A stretch of DNA of 64,000 nucleotides, from positions 9,424,001 through 9,488,000 of the forward strand of contig CM106585.1 of the NCBI GenBank assembly GCA_048013815.1, in the 5' to 3' direction. Under the pieces are notes generated by a model, which ran no database searches, had not been told where the DNA came from, and worked only from the letters and a program-made list of their open reading frames with translations. The translations under genes were made by a program, and so were the position numbers. This DNA is from Setoptus koraiensis. Its lineage: Eukaryota > Animalia > Arthropoda. Positions within the stretch are counted from its first letter, which is position 1; every line of letters starts with the position of its first letter. This document shows positions 14,401 to 26,547 of this stretch, piece by piece.

Positions 14401-16710
14401 ACAATCATTATCACACGTCGAACAGAAAAAAGAGAAGATCTGTGCAGAATGATGGTGGTGAAAAACAATCTAGTGTTGGGGCCAAAGGCACCCCTGTGCC
14501 AGGACATCTTTCAAACAGCGTGGCTCGACGTAATGTGAAGAGCAACAATTTGAATAGTTGCGATCATGATCAGTCTAGATCGTCGCATCATTCTTTGAAC
14601 AATCTACCGTTGGGTTGCTCGGCAAACAACCGTGGCGGCGGCGGCGATGACGACGCCGATGATGACGACGACGAAGATGACGTTTCCACCAATACCAATC
14701 CTGATGATGAGTCCATGACAGTTAGGGGCCAGAAATACGTGACCACTGCTAAAAAACAAAACGATCAAATGTCCGCCCACGCAGCTGGTCGCACTATTGT
14801 TGGTTCTCCACACAGTAGCAAGAAACATCATCAGCAACAACAGTCTACACTTAAATGCATCGAGGTGCCCCTAAATGAGGCTCCCGGCGATGCGAGTGAG
14901 TCGAGCGTGAAGATCGACAATGATGCCAACAATTGTCAAGACTCAGAGAATATCAGATTGGAGGCAGAGAAGACAACATCTATCAGGTAGGACAGTCTAT
15001 TCATTTATCTATTAGAATTAGATATGGGGCTATGTTTCGAGCAAGATACACACAATTGGATAGCAATCTAATTTTTGTCGTTGTGCTATCACATTCTCAA
15101 ATTCACTACATTCGATTAGAAGGGAAAAGAACAAAATTCATGTGAACTATGAATCGCTGAAATATAATAGTCATCAGCACCAACAATCAATGAATCAAGA
15201 ACAGGAGAGCCAAGAAATAGCATCGATGGCTGCGTCCACTGCTTTACAGACGCTGAAGAGACTTGCCAAGAGAGTCAGCTCAGACAGTAAGTATTTTCCT
15301 CCCCTCCCCCTAGCATCATGATAAATAAAGATGGAGAGGGACAGTGAGAAGCTTTGCAACAAGTCGTCTAAATTCACACCAACGACAAGTTTCTCTTCAT
15401 CTTTTTGACAGAGTGGCCACGAACAAACAAACAGACAGATTCTACTCTCGCAACAACTATCTTCCTTCAGTAAATCACTTGATGATGTAGATTAAATTAA
15501 TTAAAACATTTAATTAGCCGAGTAGCCTGTCTATGACAAGATCTACTCGACGATGGTGATTTGTTGTGTGGCAGATGTCCGAGCTTGCTGTTATTGGGAC
15601 TGCACTACTAATAGAGAATGAATAATAGCGGTAAAGGTTTTCTTTACTCAATGAAACTTTGCTCACGTAATTCTCGATCAACTTCCTATAAGAATATGCA
15701 TGACTAGCAGAGGGATTTTTTTTATTGCACTTAAATAGTTGCTACAGTGTTGTAAGCAATGGAAAATTTTCGTCTCATAACCATCATACGACCGAAACTG
15801 AGATCTTTTTAATTAATTGAACGTGCCAACTTCAGTAGACAGTTATTTTGTGTCAGCCAAAAGAGTGGAATGAACCACTTTCTTTCAAAATCGAGCCACT
15901 TAAATAATACTTTGGATCAGTTGACAAAATTAAACCACGCTAACACTGACCAGCACCATTTTTTATCTCTTTCTCTTACCTTGTTTCTGCTCCCAATTAT
16001 CGAATGATGAATGAAATTTAATCCTCCTTCAAACAGCCCTCATTGAACAGAAGAGAAACAACCCTGCCAGTGTTAGTAGCAAGCAACCAGTTTCGGCCAC
16101 CGGCAGTGGTGGCCATCATCAACGCCAACAGCAAATGGCTGACCGACCCAACAACCGTCGAGTAAGGGACATTGATGCAGGTGATTATGTGATTGTTGAT
16201 GACAATAACCATCATGGATGTGCCACCACAAATGATCGGCAACAACAACACCAACACCAACAGGACCCGTCATTAACACTTGAATCTCAGCAATCTGTAG
16301 TTCAAGGTAACATAACCAACGCGGATCATCACCAGACCATCCACAGAGAGATGAACGATGAGAGTGGGACTGTAGTTGCGCAACAATTGAAAATGGCCGA
16401 TGACGACGGTGGCAATGTTGGTGATGTTGCTAACGGTGATGGTCAATTAGATTGCAAGAACAGTGACAGTAACAGGCAGAAATGCGATGAGAAAGGGGTA
16501 GATTGTGATCAGGTTTTCACTTTTCCTCTTGCACCCTCTCCTACGCGCGACGATACGGATGTTGTTTGTCATTTCGCAAAAGAAGAAGCCAAATTAAACG
16601 ATGAAGAATGTTCTCTGTCGTCGCAGGTAACATCGTCACCACCACAACCAAAGCCTTTAACTTGTCAGAGTTTTTCCAGTGATCAAGCAGATGATACAAC
16701 GAACAGTTGA
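2458..16710 (+). CDS. mmd: Non-catalytic ADAM (mind-meld/UNC-71/ADAM11-22-23-like): prodomain, metalloprotease-like, disintegrin, Cys-rich, EGF, TM, very long cytoplasmic tail; 5' (signal peptide) exon not resolved
   Basis: Phase-consistent GT-AG exons: 2458-2547, 2659-2951 ([21 protein letters not shown]), 6810-6886 ([14 protein letters not shown]), 7038-7190 (LEHCYYH), 7328-7391 ([12 protein letters not shown]), 7542-8533, 8690-9812 ([11 protein letters not shown]; [15 protein letters not shown]), 10231-10311 ([16 protein letters not shown]), 10432-10658, 10768-11035, 11145-14986 (EGF, TM ~11715-11774), 15171-15286, 16037-16710. About 2,665 codons. The prodomain motifs match Drosophila Mmd as recalled. 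The first and last two exons rest on splice signals and phase only. Confidence 0.9.
3038..3088. repeat. 14-bp tandem repeat (CAAATGACAGCGAC)n in ADAM intron
   Basis: Two full copies at 3051-3078, a partial copy at 3079-3088 and a degenerate copy from 3038. Confidence 0.85.
4864..5698. repeat. Cluster of (TG)n/(CA)n microsatellites and a (TATCTGGCGC)x3 repeat in the ADAM intron
   Basis: (TG)n at ~4864-4882, ~4971-4983 and ~5066-5087; (TATCTGGCGC) ~5574-5600; (CA)n ~5678-5698. Confidence 0.8.
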
Positions 16711-17202
16711 CCATCAATTTGGGGACGATAGGAACAATGGTAGCATGGGATGTGGCGTGTAGGTTGCTGCAAAAATGTTGATCAAAATCGACGTCCAAAT
16801 GCAATATTGTAATATGTATGTAATATACAAATAGATCTCATGAATTCATGCTGGGTAGCAGTATATTGCTGCGGATAATGATTACCTGAAGGATTTTAGA
16901 TTTTGATTCGTTATTGATTTTTAAATATGTGTAACTGTTTTTGTAAATGAATTTAGGATCACTAGTTGATGTTTGCATATCGCTATTGGTAATAAACAAA
17001 ACTTTTAGCCAAGTCTTTTATTGCTTGTATACATTTATAATACACATAACTCTTTGGTTGCATTTACAACAGCTTACGGCCATCATATCTGCAATGACAT
17101 GGAGCTAAACATTGCTTATTATCAAGCTTGATTTAGTGTTCATTGACATTTGATCGATTGATCGATCGAAAATGCACACTTGCTTGCATAGTTGCAGCGG
17201 GT

Positions 17203-17805
17203 TTAGTATCCGCCGCTCGAATGGCTTCTGTGTCCACCATGACCGTGTCCACGACCGCCACGTGAGTAACCTCGGCTAGCATATCCACCGTGGCTTCTTT
17301 GGCTTCGATGACCGGACTTGGCTCGGTATTGTTGATGGCCTCTGGCGCCGAGGCTTCTGCCCGATCTGCGTGGACGTCTGTAGGAACTGTGGCCGCCACG
17401 ACCACCACCATGTGGTCGTACGTTAGCGTAGCCGCGTGAACGCATGGGATGTGGCGCGGAACGATGACTGCGAACTGCTCTGCTGTAACCATGGTAACCA
17501 TATCCGTGACCTCCGTAATAAGCGGGTCTTGCTCCGCCTCTGCTCATTCCTCGGCTACCGTGGCCACTTCCGCCACCATAAGATCTGCGACTGTAGTGGC
17601 CGTTGGCTAGAACTTGAACTATCACTACGGCCAAGATGGCTCCTAAGGCCAAATAGAGGGCCTAAGCATTAAGCACAGCGATGGTTTGTTGATTGAGATA
17701 GATTGGATGTCATCAGAAAGATAATTAGACTTTAAGTTAAGTAAATATTTAACTGGCACAGTGATTAGTGACTTGAGGAACTTGGACACTTACTGAGAGC
17801 TTCAT
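17203..17805 (-). CDS. Secreted Gly/Arg/His/Ser/Tyr-rich protein, 156 aa
   Basis: Exon 1 17805-17794 (ATG AAG CTC TCA|GTAAGT); exon 2 17661-17203 after a TAG acceptor. Gives the signal peptide MKLSALYLALGAILAVVIVQVLA followed by low-complexity GGY/GHG/RS repeats. Confidence 0.8.
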
Positions 17806-20800
17806 GATATTTGATTTGTTAGTTTTGTTGCGACGACGCACTGATTAAAAACAAACACTCTTGTATTGATTCAAGTATTTCGGTGAGATTCCTGCTGAAT
17901 GCTGTATGTTTTGAACACTTTCGACTGGAACAATTAGACAAACTAATCATGCAAGATACGTCTCTTTATATAGACGCCACCATACCGAACCAAATCTCAC
18001 CGCTGTATCTTGATATTGTTGTGACGACATACTCTTACAGAATGATCTCAGCCATCACTCTGACGACAATATCCATATTGTACTGCGCTCAAATCTGTTG
18101 ACATCGCCTCACTCGCTGTTTACCAATGCAAGTCTCTGGCTTATGGGTGATTTGTGGTGGCCCCTCCCAAAGCAATTTAACTTTTCTCTGACTAAATTAT
18201 CAAATTCGGCTAAATTCAGAGATAGGACAAATAAAAGATTCAGGTAAAAAACAAGCCTGTCATTGAGCCAGCAAATACAATCACAACTTTAATTAGAAAA
18301 CAATTTGTATGCTTGGAAATCTTAGAGTAAATTCAATAAAAATGATTAGATTATGCTTGTCATCGACTGCTTCGCACTATTCACTGAGCTTAACCTACGC
18401 CAGTGAGCCCTCAACAACACTGATCAGTCATTTTGGCAAGCTTAATAGAGTCTCATGAGCTCACTTGGCGACTTTCGTCTCGGTCTTTGAGTCGTTTTTC
18501 AGTTGCTGTCTCTAGACATTTGCTGAGTTAGCCAACTTAAGCAATTCTAATCACCAGTCTTGGGATGAACGTTGAGTTGATTAATTAATAAATATTGTCA
18601 TTAGTATGCCGAATGTAGTACCGGTGGCGAATAAGAACGAACGAGTGTGCGCTTTGTATCAAATTAAAACTTGCCTATTCTATCTCGCTGACCATCGGCT
18701 GACATGGTGTATTTATGTTGACCAACAGAAGAATAGACGGCCATTATTCATTCAGGATGATGCTACAACAACAAAAATTGACACAACAGAACTTGATTAG
18801 ATAACACCTAACACTTGATAATTTTTAGTCAACCTTTTGTCGTTGCTCCTTATGTCTGTTATGGCTTATGTATCGGTGGCCAACTATTAAATCATCCGAT
18901 ATTTATGTAGCAGATCGTTATACGATATCTCTGGTGATTTTGAGCTGCAACAGTAGTCTGATTAGAAGGAAGAAGATGAGTAAATTAATGCCAGCGACAT
19001 TATGGCGGCAAAATGACGAGTTTTTTATCATGACCAATGTTCAAATCAATGCCAGCAGTGGTTATCAACGACAAGAGGTCTAGAGGATGCAAGGTCTCTG
19101 CACTACAAGGGGACACATCAAGTTTATGCGACAATGTTCGTCAATTCCAAAATCATGGATTATGCCAAATCAGAGTTGTCGCATGGACAGGCGACGTAGG
19201 CTGGAAAGTGATTTTTGTTCTTTCATCAATCTCATTCAAGTAGTAATCAGACCCTCGAACAAATGATTCGAAGAAGTAAACGGAGACACACTGACTTAGA
19301 TTGTGCAACACTCACTGATGACATAATAAATCAGTTCCTAATAACCGAAAATGCAACCTGAGTACATGCCCAGATCTATGACCGGCTTGGTATCTCAGAT
19401 TAGCATCATACACAGAATAGTGATTAGCCAATCAAACTGATATCCATAGATTAATTGTTGCTAGTGCTTCCGTCGCCTTCCAGAAATCCCGATAGGTTAA
19501 ATCCGTGTCTTGTAGCTACATTGATAGTTCTATCGTAATTTGAAGGCTTCCTTACACCAACTAAGAGCATAAACAACTTGAGACTGATCACAAAAGCTTT
19601 TTTATTTCCCTTGATGCCTCTTACATAAATTTAATTAATTTGCACCATTCCTCGTTTTTCTAGTATAGATCCTAGAAAGTATCATGAAACAATTGTGGAA
19701 CTATTAATCAATTTTCCAAACCGAATCGGCAGTCTCCCTCCCTTGCTGGCTGTCTACGTTTCCGGATAGATAAAGTCGCTACAAAACTATCTGATAGTTA
19801 AGTTAAAATTTACAAAACCAAACTAATTATCAAATAGTGATCGTCGTATTAGTATTCTAGCGCTAGTCGGATATTAGTCGAAAGAGTTAAAAATTAATTC
19901 TATTTTTAACTCTTCGACTGCTTTTTGTTTGTGTGAATTCCTTGCCATCTTGATGATCTCATGATGAATTTCCAATTTCTATTTATTTGTGATCATTAAA
20001 GGGTAAACAAGTGAGGGGAGCACATCTGCGATCGAGATCAGCATGAACTACCAGGAAAACGAGTAGGGGCTTGTTCTACTAGTAGATGCTTGCTAGTTTA
20101 AGTTGGACAAAGTATTTTTTGTATAGTCTTAATCAATATTCATTGCATAGGCACCTATTGGCACACCTGAGCTTCCGTTTGTAATATGCTGCCAGGAATG
20201 TGATTATTTGCCAGCAAGTCTCATGTCGGATATTTCATGCAATATGATGTAAATTATTCAAACCATCTGAGCTTTGATGTCTATCGACCTAATCAATCCT
20301 TCTTTTTCCGCCAACGTCTTTTAAGTATTTTTTTACTTAGCAACAAAATGAATGCAACATTTTCTGGTTGCATAATATCTGGAAAAATCGAGAACCATTC
20401 GATTATTTGCTCAATATTTTATTGGGTATTGCAGGGTCGGTATCACGTGCTATATGGTGGCGTAAACAATTCAGCGATCTTGTATATATCTGGTTGGATT
20501 GACTGAGCAGTAAAAACGGATTAGGACTGCAGATTCTTGCAGCTCAATCCAAAAACTGTGATAGCTTTTGTAGGGTCTCTCCAACGATCACCCGAGGAAA
20601 CTTCTTGAAGAGAAGTGCAACCACTCACGTACTGTGCCGTGCTATAATGTCCGCTAGAGAAATGGATTCTTTGATTTGATTGTCTGAAATTATTTGACGT
20701 CAAGTCAATAGATTCATATCATAAGCGGAATGATCGCCGTGCTCTTCGCTAACCTCACCTGCGGAACTTGTATTTTGCGCTGATTTTTTATGATTAATTG

Positions 20801-21025
20801 TTGATAAGAACCGATTTTCAACACTGATTGAGACCAACGCAAACACATCGTATATTGCTGGCCGGTAGACATCACCATGTCGGTATAGCCTGCCATTTTA
20901 TGACTAGCACTAGTTCAAATCACATACATGAAACCTCATTTTGTGCCTTAAACAAGATCACTAGAAAACAGAATACATTCTTACAATTTTACCTAACTGA
21001 CTATTTTGTTAAATTCTCATAAAAA

Positions 21026-22138
21026 ATGAACATTTTCAATTTCTTCGCTGGTTCATTTCGATTGATGCTGTTTGCCTCAACATTGATATTGCTAGTAATG
21101 GCCATGTTGATGGGATCGCAGGCTCTAAGTGCCAACGACCTCTACGTAATGTTGGGCACTCTAGATTGGTCTTCAAAAGCCAATTGGTTTCTGATCGGAG
21201 CTCTCTATCTGGCTGGAGTGGCTCTTATTGGCCTCTGGGGAGCATTCTACAACCATCGAGGCACAATTCGTGTGGTAAGTGATCAAATTATTAGCCCTCA
21301 GCTACTAAAGATGATCAAAAGATAACATAATCCAGCAATGTTATATGTTTGTTATTCAATTGTTAAATAGTTTGGTTGGCTAACTGCCCTGAACAGTCTC
21401 CTTTGTGTACTGGTGTTTATTGGGCTACCAGATCTAGAATCTACCAATTCTCGCTTCGATGAATCCTTGTTTAAGGCACAAGAAAAGTACAATTGGAACC
21501 CACGAATTTTATCTGATAGTGAATTCCTGCATGCGAGCACTATTCACGATGGCTTCGATTCTCCCGACAAAGTGTTGAGAGATCCAACAAAATTGTGGGA
21601 CACTCTACAGGGATCGTATTTTTGTTGCGGACTTAATGACAAACGTGAATGGTATCAATATTCACCGATTCCTCATTCATTGCCAAGATCGTGTTGTTTA
21701 CCACATGAGCAAAGTACATCAGAAAGCGACGGAATGAAATATTGTAAAGAGCCTGGGTCATTGTGGAAGGAGAGGCCATGCATAGACATTATCAGAAGAC
21801 CTGTCATTTTGATCGAACTTACATTGATTATACTTTTCCTCTTCAATCTTGTTTTCAGTATGTTCGCTTTCATGGTTGCTTGTTGTTCCTCATATGGCGA
21901 TCCAGCTACAGAAAGTTACATAAGAGAACCTCTAGCTTATCCCAGTCAAATGATTGGTAGCTCATTACATAACGGTTATACAGAACCTCATCTCATAATA
22001 CACAACAATATTCCGCCCTGTTCGTGCCCACCGACAACAAACTATCATCAGCCCCCATCTTATATACAGTCCGAGAACATGTATCCGAGCCTAGATGAAA
22101 AACAAAGACAGTCAATGAATTACGGGAGCCTAAGATAA
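21026..22138 (+). CDS. Tetraspanin
   Basis: Exons 21026-21274 (GTG|GTAAGT) and 21371-22138, phase 0. Four hydrophobic segments; large extracellular loop with the CCG motif (YFCCG), PxSCC and a distal Cys. Confidence 0.88.
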
Positions 22139-22523
22139 AACCCTATGAAACATTTGTAACAGCTTAAGAGTAGCTAGAGTGCATGGAGTTTATATTCATG
22201 ATTTGTGAGTTTGACGCCGGAAAAACTTTAAGCAAGGATATAATAAAATTGATAGATGAAACAAAATCTTCGATGTCTAAAGAGATTGCATTTAATCTAG
22301 GAATTCTGGCAATGGACAAGAACGCTTGATTTTACAAGCTAGGCATTTTTGCCTTTGTTTGGAGAATCACTAGTTGCAAGGTAACTTGTAGATAAATAAC
22401 ACTCGCTAGTTATTGTCTAGCTATTTGTGTTCTAGACTGGCGCACTTGTCCTCAGCTAGAACGGTACATGATGGATTTACATAGAAGAGGAAGTTAAACA
22501 GATGCAAAAAATAGGGGAAATAA

Positions 22524-23663
22524 TCATTTTAAATTTAACCTTTCTGTGGGCATACAAAATATCGGATTGACAAGCTTTAAGACGCGTGTTTGTTTCAAAT
22601 CCTTGAATTTCTCCAGCAGTAACTTTTCGATTTTGTTGTCCTCAGGCTGTTTGGAACCTGTTGAACTGAGGCCCGATACTTGATCACTATTTGTTTGTTC
22701 GTCAATTGTGTCTGTCTTCAATGTAATTTGCTTGTCATCATTTACCATAAGGGATATTCCAGCCAAACCAAAAAGTGTGTGATAAGGATCGGCCCAATTT
22801 CCCGGCCTATCACTGAATCCGCCTTGCTCTTCGTCTTGACATGCTAGCATAAACCTAAATAGCTTACTGTGATTTATCCAATTAAATCTATCTATTATTT
22901 TCATTGAAGCAAGACACCACCATGAGTAACACAAATCAGGCAATTTTTCTGGCCTTCCATTAAGACCACCTGATGGCATTTGACGCTCGGCCAGCCACCA
23001 TCCCAATTGGTTGGCATCAATAAGATGTAGTCGTTGTGCTATAGCCAATGATCCAACGCAACAATATACGTAAGCGGCATGTGATTCACTGCCAGGTTTA
23101 CTTCCGAATCCTCCATCAATCTGATTGTGACATCTCATGATGAACTCTACTGCCTTGTCTAAATTGATTGCGTCCAGGCGACCGAGCAGTTTCAATGATG
23201 CCAAGGCACAAAATGTGAACCTAGTGTCTATTTCACCCCATTTATCACCGAAGAAACATCCATCTGCTTGTTGCAAAGACTTTATGTAAGCCACACACTT
23301 GTCGATGTCGAACACTCTAGAGTCACATCTTCCATAAAGAATTAATATCTGGATAGCACTTAGAGTATGTAACATATGAGGATCATGATCGACGGCAGCA
23401 GAAAAGCCGCCTTCATTGTGCTGACAAGCGTGGATGAAATCCATTATTTCGTTGATGTCGGCGTCATCTTTGGGTAACCTATCCATGAGATATAATGCAT
23501 TGAGTCCCCAATACATACCACTCATTCGGAGATATTCGCTCATAATTTGTTCTGTTCCATTTTTATCTTTAGCATAATTTGTCAAATATCTAGTGTGGAG
23601 ATCTAATAGTAAATTGGTTGGTTGCTCCGGTTTAAGTACGACATCCCTGGTTCCTAACATCAT
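22524..23663 (-). CDS. RABGGTB: Rab geranylgeranyltransferase type II beta subunit, single exon
   Basis: Motifs [66 protein letters not shown] and VNPIFCMP. Confidence 0.96.
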   Translation of the reverse strand: MMLGTRDVVLKPEQPTNLLLDLHTRYLTNYAKDKNGTEQIMSEYLRMSGMYWGLNALYLMDRLPKDDADINEIMDFIHACQHNEGGFSAAVDHDPHMLHTLSAIQILILYGRCDSRVFDIDKCVAYIKSLQQADGCFFGDKWGEIDTRFTFCALASLKLLGRLDAINLDKAVEFIMRCHNQIDGGFGSKPGSESHAAYVYCCVGSLAIAQRLHLIDANQLGWWLAERQMPSGGLNGRPEKLPDLCYSWWCLASMKIIDRFNWINHSKLFRFMLACQDEEQGGFSDRPGNWADPYHTLFGLAGISLMVNDDKQITLKTDTIDEQTNSDQVSGLSSTGSKQPEDNKIEKLLLEKFKDLKQTRVLKLVNPIFCMPTERLNLK

Positions 23664-24085
23664 GGATTGCTTTCTTTTGACAATGCTTTCTTTTCGCTTG
23701 AAAAATCTAAAGATTTAACAATGTGCGTCGATATATAATGATAAAAGAAATGAATGATATCTTTAAGAGAAATAATTACTTGATCCTATTCAATAGATTT
23801 ACATATCACGATGAATTCAAGTGCCCAAGTTAGTTTAATTTTTTGCTTGGATTGACTCAGCTGAAACACGTTTTTTTTACTCGCACCACAAATATGCGCC
23901 GTTCTGCAAGGTAACACGCTCGTATTGTGTTGTTCAATCATATGGTGTTGCTTATTTTCACCAGTTGGTAGACCATGAATTCCAATATTTCCAATCTCCC
24001 GGAGTTTCGCCATACCTAATTGAAACAAGCGAACGATTCGACGGATTCCCAGTTTGAGGTTAAATCAATCGTTTGATTTCGTTTG

Positions 24086-25279
24086 ATGATGGCGGCCCTG
24101 GATTTTGGCCGAGGACCTATTAAGTATCCAACAACTGATGACATCGACCCTGATACAGCAAGGATATTGTTCGAAAACTGTCCTTTACTAATCATAGAAG
24201 ATATGCCAATAGGAACAGAATTTGGAATCGATATGAATGTATTTCGTATAGGCAAAAAATTCAGAGGAGTCAAAATGATTCCTCCAGGCATGCACTACAT
24301 CTACACAAGCTCAGTTGACAAAATAACAGACCAGGCTGGACCGAGATCTAGCTTTTTCTACGACTTCAAACCTCAAGAAATTCTTGTGAAACGATGGTCG
24401 CATATTGACGAAGATTTTATTGATGACTATCAGGTAGAAGAAGAACAATTGAAACGCTACAAAGATAACCTCAAGGATCTTAACAACTACCTGGGCGCTT
24501 ATCAGTATTCAACCTACTCAAAATTCATTGGACTTACAGATCATATTGATAAGAGAATTATCAAAAGACTAATGCCCAGCAATAATCGAATAAGATCTGT
24601 AACACAATTGATACCCGAGTCACAAACAACCATAGAGAGCACATGTTCAAATATCGACAAGAGCTCAGCTGCAGAGTTCATGGAACAGAGAAACAAAAAA
24701 CTTGAGAAACTTCCGCAAATGAATATAGAACCAAGTGCTGCCATAAAATTTTCCCAGATCGGACTCAACGATCCATTTAGATCATGCAGAGACCCCAGTC
24801 AAATCACAAAGTACCACCTTGACTCTTCGATGAAGCTACAACAAGTTATAGAATTTTTTTGCGACAATAATATGATGCTCTTATTAGGAGAATTACAATT
24901 TGCTTTCGTCACATTCATGATTGGTCATGTGTATGATAGTTTTGAACACTGGAAAGATCTTATAAAATTGATCTGTTCGTCAGAGTCGGCCATTGATCAA
25001 TATCCAGAACTTTACTCGGAATTAATAAGAGTTTTACATTTTGAGATAAAGGAGGTACCGGAAGATTTATTTGTCGATATAGTAGATAATAACAACTTTC
25101 TTCTGTCGTGTCTAGCAAATCTATTCAGTAATCTCGAACATTCACAATCTGTAGATGCCCAACTGAAAAGACGCGGCCTCCAATTTAAGAAGAATCTAGA
25201 AGATAAATTTGGTTGGGATTTCGACCTGGAGCCTGATGATGAGTTACCTGTTGTGGTTGACTTATCTGATGCAGGGTGA
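24086..25279 (+). CDS. AAR2: AAR2 U5 snRNP assembly factor, single exon; divergent from RABGGTB (~420 bp spacer)
   Basis: Motifs GTEFGID, FRGVKMIPPG.HYIY, LGAY, LLGELQFAFVTF, SFEHWK, VPEDLFVDIV..NNFL and DELPVVV. Confidence 0.95.
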   Translation: MMAALDFGRGPIKYPTTDDIDPDTARILFENCPLLIIEDMPIGTEFGIDMNVFRIGKKFRGVKMIPPGMHYIYTSSVDKITDQAGPRSSFFYDFKPQEILVKRWSHIDEDFIDDYQVEEEQLKRYKDNLKDLNNYLGAYQYSTYSKFIGLTDHIDKRIIKRLMPSNNRIRSVTQLIPESQTTIESTCSNIDKSSAAEFMEQRNKKLEKLPQMNIEPSAAIKFSQIGLNDPFRSCRDPSQITKYHLDSSMKLQQVIEFFCDNNMMLLLGELQFAFVTFMIGHVYDSFEHWKDLIKLICSSESAIDQYPELYSELIRVLHFEIKEVPEDLFVDIVDNNNFLLSCLANLFSNLEHSQSVDAQLKRRGLQFKKNLEDKFGWDFDLEPDDELPVVVDLSDAG

Positions 25280-25377
25280 TAGACTTTGACAATAAAAAAT
25301 CTTCTAGGCGCATTTTCAAGTCAATCTACTCAACTCTAAACTAGACTAGATTTGTAGTATGGACGGGCTTAGATATA

Positions 25378-25953
25378 TCAGGGCGGTGGAGAACGTAACT
25401 TTCTACGAGGTAATACATTTCCTAATGAGGCCTTCGATCTCCTCTTGCGCACTTTTGAACGTTCACCAGTTTCGGTGTCCTCTTGTTTGCGTTTCTTAGC
25501 CCTGTTGAGTCTCCTCCGTGCTCTGGCAAACGAACTTTTCGATTTTTTTCTTGATTTTTTGTGACTATGTGTCCTAATCTTTCTAAGATGCCTAGCAGGT
25601 CTAATGACTTTAGTTCGAGACCTGCTCTTGCCATAGGCAACTTTCAATTTTTTAGTCAATCTTCTTTTTCTTCTTAATCTTTTCTCCTCCTCAGTTAGCT
25701 TTTTCCTAGGTGGTATAAGGAATACTTCGTCTTTGTCACTAAAAGATATGTGTGTTCTTCTTCTCCTTGATCTCTTTCCTCTTCTCTTAGTACCATTATC
25801 ACTAAGGGACGCAGCCGCAGAGGGCGAAGCTGAAGAGTTTCGCAATATCGACCTGGGCGATGAGAGATCCGAAGTGACAATAGTACCTAAATCGACAGAG
25901 GATTCGGAAGATGATCGCGTCTCTCGTGTAACGTGCGATCTCCTTCCTCGCAT
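25378..25953 (-). CDS. Highly basic Arg/Lys/Ser-rich orphan protein, 191 aa
   Basis: ATG-initiated 191-codon ORF filling the space between AAR2 and SLC25A26; about one-third R+K by manual count. No family recognised. Confidence 0.65.
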   Translation of the reverse strand: MRGRRSHVTRETRSSSESSVDLGTIVTSDLSSPRSILRNSSASPSAAASLSDNGTKRRGKRSRRRRTHISFSDKDEVFLIPPRKKLTEEEKRLRRKRRLTKKLKVAYGKSRSRTKVIRPARHLRKIRTHSHKKSRKKSKSSFARARRRLNRAKKRKQEDTETGERSKVRKRRSKASLGNVLPRRKLRSPPP

Positions 25954-26547
25954 TGTCCAAATGCTGTCTACTAAACTAATTCAATAGTTGGAATGACGAT
26001 GATGTTGTATTGAAAAGGCTGCCGGACGATACATTCAATATTATACAAGCTGAGACATTCATTTCGAAGAAATGCATATGATTTGGAAATCAATTCGTAC
26101 CTTTGTTTGGCCTATGATGCTAGTTTCGGAGCTTGGCAAGATACTCAAACACAACAATAACGAAAAATTCCAACTCGGGCAACGTAATTTATCAAGCGCG
26201 TGATGTAGATAAAGACTAAACAGTATCACGCGCAATTATTTATTTGTCTGTTCAATCGGCAATGCATGCAGATAGTCTGACCTAACTTCAAATCTATTTA
26301 CAATGTACAATAAAAATCCTCTGAAATTATAAGGCAATTAGTCGCTGTAAGAACCTTGGTTGGATAATAAAACAACAATCAATGATATAGTATGTTGAAT
26401 AAACAAACTCGATTTTTGAACTGCGCGCTTGCCAACAAAGTACACCCTATATACTTTTTTGGTCGCTGTCCTTCGTCGCAAATCTTGACCACGTGATAAA
26501 CACCAAAATTTACATGTTTGCCGTAATCTCAACAGCCGGATCAAAAA

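Noticed and set aside
16135-16710. Independent 191-aa gene
   Set aside because: The frame is open upstream to the acceptor at 16036 and is phase-compatible with ADAM exon 15171-15286; better explained as the terminal ADAM exon.
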